IMG/VR virus record: IMGVR_UViG_3300017917_004222
Coordinates: 32,001-96,000 of that record
DNA: 64,000 nucleotides
Reading direction: 5' to 3' (one strand)
Source of the DNA: a virus
Below, piece by piece: positions 1 to 10,600 of this stretch (position 1 is its first letter; each line of letters starts with the position of its first letter). Below the pieces are notes generated by a model. The model did not search any database. It was not told the DNA's origin and worked only from the letters and a program-made list of their open reading frames with translations. A program made the translations under genes and the position numbers.

Positions 1-167
1 CAGCCCCGGTGCCTACGGCGTTGACCAACAGTGCTTGGGGCACTATGTTTTTGATTTTGGCCCAGACATCGGGTGAGATATCACTGTGTCCGGCCAAGAC
101 CACACAGTCCATGATCGATATGTCAATTTTTTTCATAGTTCATTTTAACAAAAACACAGGCAAAAGT

Positions 168-187
168 AAAGGGCCCACGGGCCCTTT
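168..187 (-). terminator. Rho-independent terminator of the baseplate/fibre operon
   Basis: AAAGGGCC-CACG-GGCCCTTT hairpin 19 nt past the stop at 206; the minus strand continues TTTACTTTT. Confidence 0.75.
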
Positions 188-205
188 AGATTGAAGCGCA
201 CCAAT

Positions 206-1906
206 TTAGAGAGTCGCAACTGGCGGTGGTGGCGACATCACTATTTGAGAATCACTTGCAACTGCAATCAGTTGTCCGCCTCCCCAGACTATCTCATTCA
301 GATTAGAAGCGGTGTTACTGGTTACCGAGCTCCATGTAATTCCATCTGTGCTAGTAATTATGGTACCGCCTGTGCCCACAGCGTAAAATGCTGTGTTGGA
401 CCATACCACCGAATACAACGGGGCAACCACGCCGCTGGTGCGGGAAGTCCAAGTTATACCATCGGTGCTACTGCGAATAGTTCCAGTATCGCCAGTGGCA
501 ACAAACGTATTACCTGATGCAGCTACCGCCCAGAATGTAGTGGATCCTGCACTTCTAGCCGTCCAAGTAACTGCGTCGGGACTGGTGCGAACTGCCCCAC
601 TGTTGCCCACAACAACGTACTGACCGTTGGCAAAGACTACCCCTCTCAATGCCGATGTGGTGCCGCTAGACTGAGTGGTCCAAGTAATTCCGTCGGCGCT
701 AGTTAGTATGGTTCCACTATTACCCACTGCCACAAAAATACTACCAGTCCAAGTCACAGCATTAAGAACGTTTGATGTGCCACTGGTTCTAGCAGTCCAA
801 GTAATTCCGTCAGCGCTGGTTAGTATGGTTCCAGATCCGCCGACGACAACAAATACACTGCCCGACCATGCCGCACCATTCAAGACTTGTATTGTTCCGC
901 TTGATCTCGAAGTCCACTCAAACCCACCTTGGCTGGTAACAATAGTACCTTCGGCACCTATTACAATATATTGGTTATTCCCATACCCAATACCAGTCAA
1001 CGTGAGGGTCGACCCTGTGACTCTCGATACCCAGGTCGCACCGTCTGTGCTAGTTGCCAAAGCTGGCAAGCCACCAAAGTACAGAAACCTATTGTTGGCC
1101 CATATTACTCCATTGATATCATTAGAGGTTCCGCTTGTCCTTGATGTCCACGGCCCTGCAGCGCTGGTGGCTGTAAACAGTGACCCAGTAATGCCTACTG
1201 CCACAAAAGTGGAGCCACTCCAGGCTATGTTGTTGAGCTGGCTTCCGATCCCACTAGTCTGCACAGCCCAAGTTACCCCGTCGCTAGAGGTTACTACCGC
1301 ACCCCCAGAACCCACAGCAACGTAGAGGCTACCCGTTGCAGTGATACCAAATAAATTGCTTGCAGTACCACTGGTTCTTGATGTCCAAGTAACACCATCT
1401 GGACTAGTAAGAATTGTGCCGGTGTTTCCTACTGCGACGTATTGGCCAGCAGAATAAACAATATCACGTAACAACACTGTTGTTCCGCTTGATCGAACAG
1501 TCCATGATGCTCCGTCAGAACTGGAAATGATTGTACCAGTTGCCCCAACTGCAACAAATCCTGTACCCGATGTTGCTACACGGTTGAGTGCGTTTGCAGT
1601 GCCGCTGGTCTGGAGGGTCCATACGTATCCGTTGGTGCTGGTAACAACTGTTCCACTTGCACCAACTGCAACAAATCTGCTGTTGCCCCATGTAACTCCA
1701 AATAGGTTAGAACTGGTTCCGCTGCTGCGTGTGACCCAAGTAACCCCATCGGTGCTGGCAATGATAGATCCAGAGAATCCAACTGCAATATATTGACTGC
1801 CGTCCCATGTTCCGTAGCCAAAAGCATTCGGCCGACTGAGTCGCTGCCCCCAGAGTTGGCCAGGGGCTTGCGACGATGCACTTAACACAATGCTACCAAT
1901 ACTCAT
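206..1906 (-). CDS. Beta-propeller repeat protein (BNR/Asp-box-like), probable receptor-binding or fibre-tip protein
   Basis: 566 aa of ~39-aa repeats 'FVAVG..GTI.TS.DG.TWT.RTSGT...L..V.W'; overlaps the upstream fibre gene. Confidence 0.75.
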   Translation of the reverse strand: MSIGSIVLSASSQAPGQLWGQRLSRPNAFGYGTWDGSQYIAVGFSGSIIASTDGVTWVTRSSGTSSNLFGVTWGNSRFVAVGASGTVVTSTNGYVWTLQTSGTANALNRVATSGTGFVAVGATGTIISSSDGASWTVRSSGTTVLLRDIVYSAGQYVAVGNTGTILTSPDGVTWTSRTSGTASNLFGITATGSLYVAVGSGGAVVTSSDGVTWAVQTSGIGSQLNNIAWSGSTFVAVGITGSLFTATSAAGPWTSRTSGTSNDINGVIWANNRFLYFGGLPALATSTDGATWVSRVTGSTLTLTGIGYGNNQYIVIGAEGTIVTSQGGFEWTSRSSGTIQVLNGAAWSGSVFVVVGGSGTILTSADGITWTARTSGTSNVLNAVTWTGSIFVAVGNSGTILTSADGITWTTQSSGTTSALRGVVFANGQYVVVGNSGAVRTSPDAVTWTARSAGSTTFWAVAASGNTFVATGDTGTIRSSTDGITWTSRTSGVVAPLYSVVWSNTAFYAVGTGGTIITSTDGITWSSVTSNTASNLNEIVWGGGQLIAVASDSQIVMSPPPPVATL

Positions 1907-3831
1907 TTAACATCTCTTCCCAGTAGAAGTCCAGTCCAGGTGGTACCACCATCATATGTAAAGAATCCCAATACATCGCGCCCTGACGCTGTGAGTGCAG
2001 GTACTACTCCGCTGGGCCACTTCACCCCGCTCCACCAGGTAATAGCTGCACTACCGCCGTTGGTTAGATCTAGAATAAAGCTCACTGCAGTGCCAGTAGT
2101 GGGCACATTACTCACTGTCAGCGTCGTTGAACCACTGATAGTGCGAGAAAAATAGTTACCAGTCGCTAGGTCAATGTTGCTTGCTGGAACTGCAACACTG
2201 GTCTCGCGTGTGCCTATCAACCTAGGCGTAGTAAGCACGCCAGAAGTTGCTGCGGCAGCGCCAATTTCGCTCAACGACCAGGCCACGTTGGCCGATCCAT
2301 CAACGCTCTTGCCTGTAGATCCCAGAGTAATTGTTCTGGCGGTTCCCCAGGTAGCAGTAGTGATGTTGGCAGTACCGTTAAATGCAGTACCATTGATATT
2401 TCTAGCAGTGGTTAGACTTGCTGCAGATCCAGTAGTGTTGATGCCGAGCGTACCAGTTACATTGGCTCCTGGCACCGAAGTTAGGCCTGCGCCGCTGCCG
2501 TTGTATTGTGCAGCATACACTTGGTTGAAGTAACTGGATACTGATCCAATGTTGCCCACTGCGTTGGTTCCAGTTTTTGCAATGGATCCGGTGGCCAAGT
2601 TGGCATACAGTGTGGTAGCGTCCACAACAACCACGTTGGCGGTACCAGCCACCTGCATGGCGATGTTGCCGCCTGTGGCAGCAATCTGCACGTTTGATGT
2701 GCCATTTTCAATTTTGCTTACCGAAATGGCTGCATCAAGCCCAGTTAGTTGGCTGCCGTTACCAATAAAGTACTGTGCTGAAATATTGGCTGCCGACACA
2801 ATGTTGCCTGTGGCCGACACAATACCAGCTGTGATGATGTTGCCACCCGACACGTTGCCAACAACGTTGGCGATGCCACTGACGCTTAGGTTTGCGCCTG
2901 CTAGGTTTGCAGTGGTGGTGATGTTGCCTGTGGCCGATACAATACCAGCGGTGGTGATGTTGCCACCAGTTACGTTGCCTGTTGCAACCACACGTCCAGC
3001 GGTGACCAAGTTGCCACCTGACACGTTGCCTGTGGCCGCTACTGCACCGGCAGTGACCAAGTTGCCGCCTGACACGTTGCCTGTGGCTGTGACTGTGCCC
3101 GGTGTCGAAACATTGGCGCCAGCAATGTTGCCAGTGACGTTTAGATTGCCCAGCACGTTGCCGCTGAAGCTGGCGCCCACGCCGTTGAAGTAACTGCCGT
3201 TGACGTTGCCGGTAACAGTGATCACGTTGCCTGCGTATGTGGCGATTCCAGACATAGCCGAACTGAGTGTGACCCCAGTATACACATACGGAAAGCTGGT
3301 GCTGATTGGCGATGCTGGTGTAAACGCATCTTGACTCACAATTGCCACTCGAGCGTTATTCACATAGATCGACGTTACAAAATGCGGGGTCGCTGTGTTG
3401 TCGTTGATGGTTTCAGGGATGGCGCCTGCTGTGCCGCTGGCACTGGAATAAGCAGGACCGACCACCAAGAATGCTGCACCTGTCCAAATTTTCAACTGTT
3501 GATTGGCAGTGTCAAACCAGAGATCGCCAACCACGTTGTTGGAGGGAGCCGAGGCACCTGCAGTGGATGAGCTGATGACTTTCCACGCTGCACCTTGCCA
3601 AACTTTCATGACTGCATTTGCACTGTCCCACCACAGCTGACCAGTCAGTGGCGCAGGGGGTGCAGTGGTGTTGCTGGAATTTTCTAAGAGATGAACAAAG
3701 TTTTCGTCAAGGAATTCGCCATAGTTGGCAACGTTTTTGCCCACCAGCACCATGCTTGACGAGCTGTTGACTGTGCCGTCAGGAATGGTAGCAAAAATCG
3801 TACCGTTTGTTAGATTAATTGTATATGCCAT
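1903..3831 (-). CDS. Baseplate-attached tail fibre with C-terminal adapter domain
   Basis: N-terminus 'MAYTINLTNG...LVGKN...YGE...ENFVHLLEN...GQLWWD'; many 'ATGNVSGGNL' beta repeats; C-terminus 'WPSG..P.LT..G.D...F.T.DGGTTW'. Confidence 0.7.
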   Translation of the reverse strand: MAYTINLTNGTIFATIPDGTVNSSSSMVLVGKNVANYGEFLDENFVHLLENSSNTTAPPAPLTGQLWWDSANAVMKVWQGAAWKVISSSTAGASAPSNNVVGDLWFDTANQQLKIWTGAAFLVVGPAYSSASGTAGAIPETINDNTATPHFVTSIYVNNARVAIVSQDAFTPASPISTSFPYVYTGVTLSSAMSGIATYAGNVITVTGNVNGSYFNGVGASFSGNVLGNLNVTGNIAGANVSTPGTVTATGNVSGGNLVTAGAVAATGNVSGGNLVTAGRVVATGNVTGGNITTAGIVSATGNITTTANLAGANLSVSGIANVVGNVSGGNIITAGIVSATGNIVSAANISAQYFIGNGSQLTGLDAAISVSKIENGTSNVQIAATGGNIAMQVAGTANVVVVDATTLYANLATGSIAKTGTNAVGNIGSVSSYFNQVYAAQYNGSGAGLTSVPGANVTGTLGINTTGSAASLTTARNINGTAFNGTANITTATWGTARTITLGSTGKSVDGSANVAWSLSEIGAAAATSGVLTTPRLIGTRETSVAVPASNIDLATGNYFSRTISGSTTLTVSNVPTTGTAVSFILDLTNGGSAAITWWSGVKWPSGVVPALTASGRDVLGFFTYDGGTTWTGLLLGRDVK

Positions 3832-3851
3832 GGTATCTTACCTGTTCCTTG

Positions 3852-4457
3852 TTACACTGCATTGATGTTGCTGAGAGTTTGAATTCGTACAGTGTAATCG
3901 ATCTGAATTTGTCTGTTCAAACTCTTTTGTACCGGGTGAAACACCACATGTGTGATGAGTCTTAGGTCGTCGGGTGCCCCGTTCCAGGCCTTGAGACCCA
4001 GTTCGTCAAACACAAATTCCCCGTTGAAATCGGTACTGTTGTCAAACGCCTGTTGTCCTGCAGGTTCACCGTAGTCCAGCAAACAAGTGACCAAGACATC
4101 GCTGTACACCGTGCCAGCTGTGTGCAACACTGTGAGCTTGTTGTTTTCAGGGTCGGTATCAGCTGCTGAATTGTCGTTGACAACTTTTGCGTATGTTTGG
4201 TTGTACAAGGCAGCATTTTGCCCTGTGGTGTTGGGTGGCAAGTATGTGATCACACCAGTTGCATCCACCGAGCTGCCGCCGTTGCCAAATGCCATCTGAT
4301 AGATGTATCCCAGCTGACGATCTGCAAGGCTCTGGGCCAGCGCGATGCTCATGTTCTCATAGTGAATGGCATTGCGTTTGTCAACAAATACTTCGCCACT
4401 GTTGGGATCATGGATCTTAAGAAAACCTTCAATTTTGCACAGTCCTGACGTAATCAT
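3852..4457 (-). CDS. Virion/baseplate protein (201 aa)
   Basis: Clean ORF within the structural operon; 'FDELGL...LITHVVFHPVQKSLNR' resembles fibre-attachment/wedge proteins. Confidence 0.6.
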   Translation of the reverse strand: MITSGLCKIEGFLKIHDPNSGEVFVDKRNAIHYENMSIALAQSLADRQLGYIYQMAFGNGGSSVDATGVITYLPPNTTGQNAALYNQTYAKVVNDNSAADTDPENNKLTVLHTAGTVYSDVLVTCLLDYGEPAGQQAFDNSTDFNGEFVFDELGLKAWNGAPDDLRLITHVVFHPVQKSLNRQIQIDYTVRIQTLSNINAV

Positions 4458-4612
4458 CCTCGAGTCTCCACAATAGTCTTGTTTGTATTTGGATCAAAAA
4501 TTCTCATGTGAGCTTGCACACTGATTGACCCCAGTTCGTTGGGTCTGCGTGGTGCAGCCGGCTTGTTGGGCTCAGCCGGCTTTTTTTCCGAATTTGCTGG
4601 TATATTTGACAT
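4454..4612 (-). CDS. Small protein (52 aa, MSNIPANSEKK...IVETRG) missing from the ORF track
   Basis: Translated by hand; ATGA overlap with the next start at 4457; ATAAATA motif at 4620-4626 just upstream. Confidence 0.65.
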   Translation of the reverse strand: MSNIPANSEKKPAEPNKPAAPRRPNELGSISVQAHMRIFDPNTNKTIVETRG

Positions 4613-4630
4613 GGTCATTTATTTATCCGG

Positions 4631-7600
4631 TCATAAACCACGCAGAAACCTTGCTGGTGCTGTGTTGGTTTCTTGCAGCGCAACACCATTGCTGGGTGTG
4701 CTGATTCCAGGTGCATACCAAGTCACACCACGACGCTGCAGTATGGTTACTTCAACCCCAGCTGGCGGTGCTGCCAATTCAGGGCTTGCGCCCGAATCCA
4801 CAACAAATTCAACAGTGGCCGGGGTGCCCGAAGTCACATTGTAGCGATACTGGCTGACCGCCGAAGTATCGTCTTGCGCATATTGCCGGACTCCGCCTAC
4901 ATACACCTCAAGACTTCTTGCAAACTGCGAGAATGTTCCGCCAAAAGTTGCGGTGGATATATCGCTGGCCACAAACACTGTGTTAACACCATCTCCCAGT
5001 GCGGTGTTGCGCACCACATAGTCTTGGTACTCTGGTGCCAACAAGTTGCCCTGATTGATGTCAGTTACCACAGCGCCCACCGAGTGATCAGCTGCTGCTG
5101 TTCCTGCTGTGCCGCGCATGAGTCCACCAATGGTGTTGTTGACAATGTTGCGATCGCGATACATTATGCGCTCGCCGTCGATTGTGACCACACCAAAGAT
5201 GCCAGCAACAAGATCAGGTTCGGTCAACGCTGCGGCATTGTCAACAAAGATCACAGTGTCTGCTGAGGACACTGGGCGAGCAACCACAGTGGAAGTGGCG
5301 CTGGTGATTCTGTATGTTGCCTGCACTCCGCGCATGTCCTGGAAGATCCTAAACGCAATTGCTTCGGGTACCACATTCTCAGTGAACTCAGTGACCGCTA
5401 GGGTTTGAGCAATTGATATTGTGCCCGAGCTCAGGATCAGGTATTGCCCATCAATTGTGAAGTCAATACCTTCGCTGAGTCGATATCCATCCAATGTTAC
5501 CCACAAGCGGTTGGGCGACACTGTGCGGTTCAAGAAGAAGTTGTTGCTGGTTGTGACCACACCCACTTGATACGAGAACGATCCTGGGTCGCCAGTGACT
5601 GAGCCCTCGTCAAACAGTGTGGTATCGTAGCCTTGTTCAACACCCACAGTTTCAGTGACAGGTCCCCTGAACACCAGTGTGGCAATGTCTTGTTGCGCAG
5701 TATCGTTCCAGGTTGTGATTTCCACACGATCGTTAACAGACAAGATGGTGTTGATGTTCAAGAACTCGCCTGAAACATAGTAGTCGGCTTGTGTGCTCAC
5801 ACTGATGAGGACGGTTGCACCAGCTGGTGGCGCTGTAATGAACTCAACTTGTCGTCCTGGAACATTGCTTCCGTCCCAGTTTGTGACCACGTACTGTCCA
5901 GACACTGGTCCGATAGACTGCACCTGTAGCACACCGTCGACCCATACCAGCACATCGGTGGCCGAGTCAATGATTTGTTGGCTGAAGCCGCCGCGCTGGG
6001 GCAATCCAAATCTAACGGTGCTGTCGTCGCCAAACCACTCAATACATTCATAAGGGCGTAGTCGTCGACCGTTGACAGTGACCACCATGTTGGCTGGGTT
6101 GGTTCCGCCAACGTAGTTGGTCAGCTGAATGGTCTTGGACACCGCAGTGGCCGCATCAATCACAACCGACTGCACTTGCGGTGCACTCCAGCTGTACTGC
6201 ACTGGAGAAGTGGTGCCCAGTGCTGCAACAAACACACCATCTGATGGGTTGAACGTGCTGTTGAACTCGATCAGGGTCTGAGTTGTGGGCACAAAGTTAT
6301 CCCAGTAGTTGGTATCTGTGATGTCTATACCAATCGGCACATCAGCATTGGCTCGATAGTAGTCGTTGCCATTCTTGACCACGTCAAGGCGCAACCAACT
6401 CACAGTGTCTGACCACGGAGTGCTGGGGTAGTAGGCAGACCAAGTGGCTCCAGACTGGGCCAGGCCATTCACAATCACCGCCAGCTCTTGTATCTCGGCT
6501 GCATTGACTGGAATCACAACCGTTTCGGTGAACAAATCTGCACCCAAGTAGTTCTGTCTGAACAGTTCGCTACCGCCGCCCAGGCTGTAGATCTGGATGT
6601 TGATGACATCGCCATTGGTGGCGTTCAACACTGTCACGGTCTTGTTCTCGTAGTCAATGGTGTAATCGACGTCAAGTGCGAGATCCAGGCCAGTGGTTGC
6701 ATTGTAAACCAAAAGCACTACTGGGGCTGCTAGATCAACATCGCCCCAGCTGTAGGTGGGTTCTGCAGTGTCAAAAAAGTAGCGAGCGGTTTGAATTGCA
6801 AATCCGTGACCGTTGCTGGTCCAGTCGCTGCCCGGGCGAGTGTACACTCTGAAGTCCAAGGTGTCGTACTCTGAGCCGTTTACCAGTTCTTCTGGGGCAT
6901 GACCTTCGTATGGTCCCACAAACTCACCGCCTGCCACGTTGATGTCAGTTGGACGAGTTCCCAGATATTGGTCAGCAAAGCTGCTGGCGTACACTGCATC
7001 AATTGGAGTTGTGTCCATGAAGTCTGGACCAAACACCTGAACTCCGGGGTAATCGGTACCGTTGATCAGCAGTGGCAGATCCAAGCCAGGCTGATCAGCG
7101 GTTGGGTTGTAATAGCCCATGGTTCGATCCACGCCCGACAGTTCGGTTGCTGGCACCGGAACCCAGTTGTCAAGATCAAAAGTTGGTCCTTCCACTGCGG
7201 TGCTGCCATCGGTGTTTTCAGCGCGCCACACACTGTTGTTGTAACGAACCAATGTGCCGTTTTCATAAGTGACGTTGGGTTGCCACTCTTGGATCTGGCT
7301 CTGATATTCGTAGCGGTCAAATTTGATCACAGTCTTGATGCTGCGAACCACTGGATTCAGCATGACTGGGTATGCAGTGGCTCCTTGGCCGTTGCCGCCA
7401 GTGATGGTGATGACCGGAGTAGTCACATAACCTGATCCTGGGTTGACCACAGAGATAGCAATCACTTGTCCGCTGCTGTTTATTGCTGCCTGCAGCAGGG
7501 CTGGTTCTACTGCATCTCCAGTGACAGTCACCGTCGGAGCAGATGTATAGCCGCTGCCACCGTTGGTCACTCGAACACTGTCCACATGCAGTGTGTAATT

Positions 7601-10600
7601 TTCAAACCACTGACTCCATGGCCACTGTGTCCAAATTGTGTCAGACGCTGCCGCGCTGCTGGGCGATGTGCCTGGCGATGCAGTAGAAGCAGTGTAAGGC
7701 AACAGTACAGGGCTTGTGAACTGCGGCACCGGCAGTGTGCGATTCCAATAGGCCGGTAGATCAAAGTCCGACATGTCGCCAGCGAACTGATCCAGACCAT
7801 TGTAGGTGAGGTTGAATTCACGCACTTGCACATGGTATGGCTTGACTTCTTGGATGTAGTCGGTCACAAACTCTTGATTGTCCTGCACATAGTTGGGGAA
7901 AGGCAGTAGTTCGCGAATTCGGTGATCCACGTCAATCAAGCTGGTCTTGACCAGCCAATCAGGTGCACGGAACTGACTCAAGATGAAATCAAACATCGAA
8001 GTCAGGCTTCGGTTGCGTTCGATCTGCAGTTCTTCCACAAACAATTCTTGGTTGATGGCTTGTAGAATCTTTCGTGTTTCCACAACTGGATCCTGGTCAA
8101 AATACTGAGAGTCAAACACATCAGCATCAAAACCAAATCGTCCAATGGAGTAATCGTACAGCACTGCCGAGATAGCAATGGTACCGTCTTGCAGTGCAAC
8201 TCGGTCCCAGCCAGTGGCCGAGCGAATATAAATCTCCCACTTGCCTTGACTGTTGGATGTGACCTTGACACTGCTGCCCACAGGTGCTTGACTCAAGCTC
8301 AGAGAGCTCAAGTTGGCGTACAATGGAACTTCAGCGGCCAACTGCGAAGATGGGTTGTATCCCACTTGATACCAGTTGATATAACTCCAGTAGTCCGAAG
8401 TCACGTAATTTTGCACCTTGGTCAGCCGCAGCTCGCGCAAGGCTGGGTTGACTTGTGTGGGGCTCACAGTGTAAATGGTCCAGCGGCCGTTGTTGTCAGC
8501 GTCGGTGCTGACCAGGTACTTGTAGCCCATGGGCACTGCATAGATGTTCTGATAAGACAGTACTTCCAAGTTTGCCACTTCAAAATCCCACTCACCAGAG
8601 CTGGCAGTGGGTTTGGGGTCGCTGCTGTTCAACAACGAAAAGTTTCGGGTTTCCGATACTGGGAACTGAGCCAGCACACGGTTCACGCGGGTTATGTAGT
8701 TCTTGAGCGCCAAGAATCGATCCGCAAACATGCTCTGACGTGGGCGGAACTGCACACCGTAACGCTGGCTGATTGGCAGATTGGGGTCTGGCACAAGGTT
8801 GCCCGAAGTATCGACGCCGCAGAAGGAGTCCAGCAACTTACGGTACAGCGACGAGCTCAAGAATGCATCTGCACGACCTTGCGCGATCAACTCATATTCA
8901 GTGTGAACGTTGGCATCAGTCAACTGCTGATCAAACTCAATGCTGATCACAGTGTCTTGCGCTTCGATGAATCGCAAACCGTTGTAGATGGCAATGGTAC
9001 TGCTGTTGATCGGTGCCACATAGGATACACCGCTGCTGCGAGGATTGGCAATGTACTGCGCCACCGCTGCGGCGCTGAGTGTTTTGCCTTGCGATGTGTC
9101 AATTGTGGTAATACCTCGGACCCAGAAGTAGTAGGTGGTCTCGAAGATTCCTTCCTGAGTCAATCTGGTACCAATAGAGTAACTCACAGTACTCAACACA
9201 GTGCCTGGTCCAGTGTAGTTGGCAGGCGGTACACTGCTGCTGATCCACTGATACACATCAACACTGGAGCCAGGGAAAATCTGTCCCCAACGTCGGCTGG
9301 CATACACAATATCATCTTGGTTAGGGTCCAGGAATCGCACGGTACTGATATCCCACCAAATCTGTCCCACTTGTGTTTGACCCCAGGGCTGGCCAATGTT
9401 GTTGACTGGGCCCACGTTGTAGCCTGCAGGATCAACTGCACCAACAAAGTCAATGTTTTCTTGTGCAGCGCCCAGCACTTTGCCTTGCAATGGATCAAAG
9501 AAATCAAAGTACTCGGTGTTGGCACCAGTCACGCGATCATACATGAATACAGAATTCAGCAGGCGAATATCAATCACTGGCTGCTGTTGGTGAATCACTG
9601 CCCATGCTGGGCGCTGTGTTTCGTTGTCAAACAGGAATGCCGAGCCATATGCTGCGGCGCTGTCGCCGGCATCGTTGCCCGGTGCACCCACGGCCAACAG
9701 ACCCGAAGTGTAGTTCACTGCTATACCAAACTGATCGTACGGAAGAACCTTGTTGTTGCCAATCTGCTGACCAAACACATAGTTTCCAACACTGGTGATT
9801 TTGCTTGCATCAGCATCAGCCAAGAAGTCGTATGTGTAAACAGCACCGCTCTGAACTTCAAGTGAGTAGAACTCGGTTCCACCGCCATCAAATGTCGTGG
9901 CCGGAACCTGCAGAGTTGCATCAAAGTCAAAAGTCACTGGCAAATACAAGGAACCGTTGGGCGCGCCCACTACTAGAGTAGAGCCAGTGTTTTCGATACT
10001 GAGACTGTGTCCAAATGCAGCATAGTCAACTGCTCTTGGGCTGAAAATGGTCTGTGCGTACACAAATACTTCAAAGCCCAGGGCTGCCCATGCAGTGCCT
10101 ACCGAGCCAGGTTGCACTCGCAACTTGTTGCGTGGTGGTACTGACTCAAGATTCACAACCGAGATGGTCAGTCGCCCATCAGCGCTGGCGCTGGCAGTGA
10201 CGTTGGGAACCTGTGCAGAGATAGCTGCCGCCAGACTTGCTACAGTGGCTGCCAGTGGTACTGCAATCTCTTGTTCGTTCACACGGATGGTGTGTCCTGC
10301 AGTCAAAACTGGGTTGGTATTCTTGCTGGTAATGGTGCCAAACACTTGTGGCTGGTTCACCATCCACTGTACTGCGCCGCCTTTGAATGCTTGCTGGCTG
10401 TTTTGCGGTGCACCAATAAACACACTGCTGCCTGCTGCCACAATTTCAACCGACTGTCCAAAGTTGGTCATCTCAGTTGAGTTGTTGACCACAGTGCCCG
10501 AGCTGTCTACGGTTTGCTGGACCAGCTCTTGCATCAGCGCGAAGCGGTTGGTTTCAATCTCAATCACATCGCCAATTTCGAGGTCAGCGTAGATTGTGAT

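Noticed and set aside
1-136. Possible minus-strand gene start (MKKIDISIMD...) running off the left edge
   Set aside because: Too short to choose a frame or assign a function
8189-9865. Long antisense ORFs (558 aa here; others at 50687-51874, 33372-34280 and 31588-32379)
   Set aside because: These are shadows of codon bias in real genes on the opposite strand, with no motifs or SD
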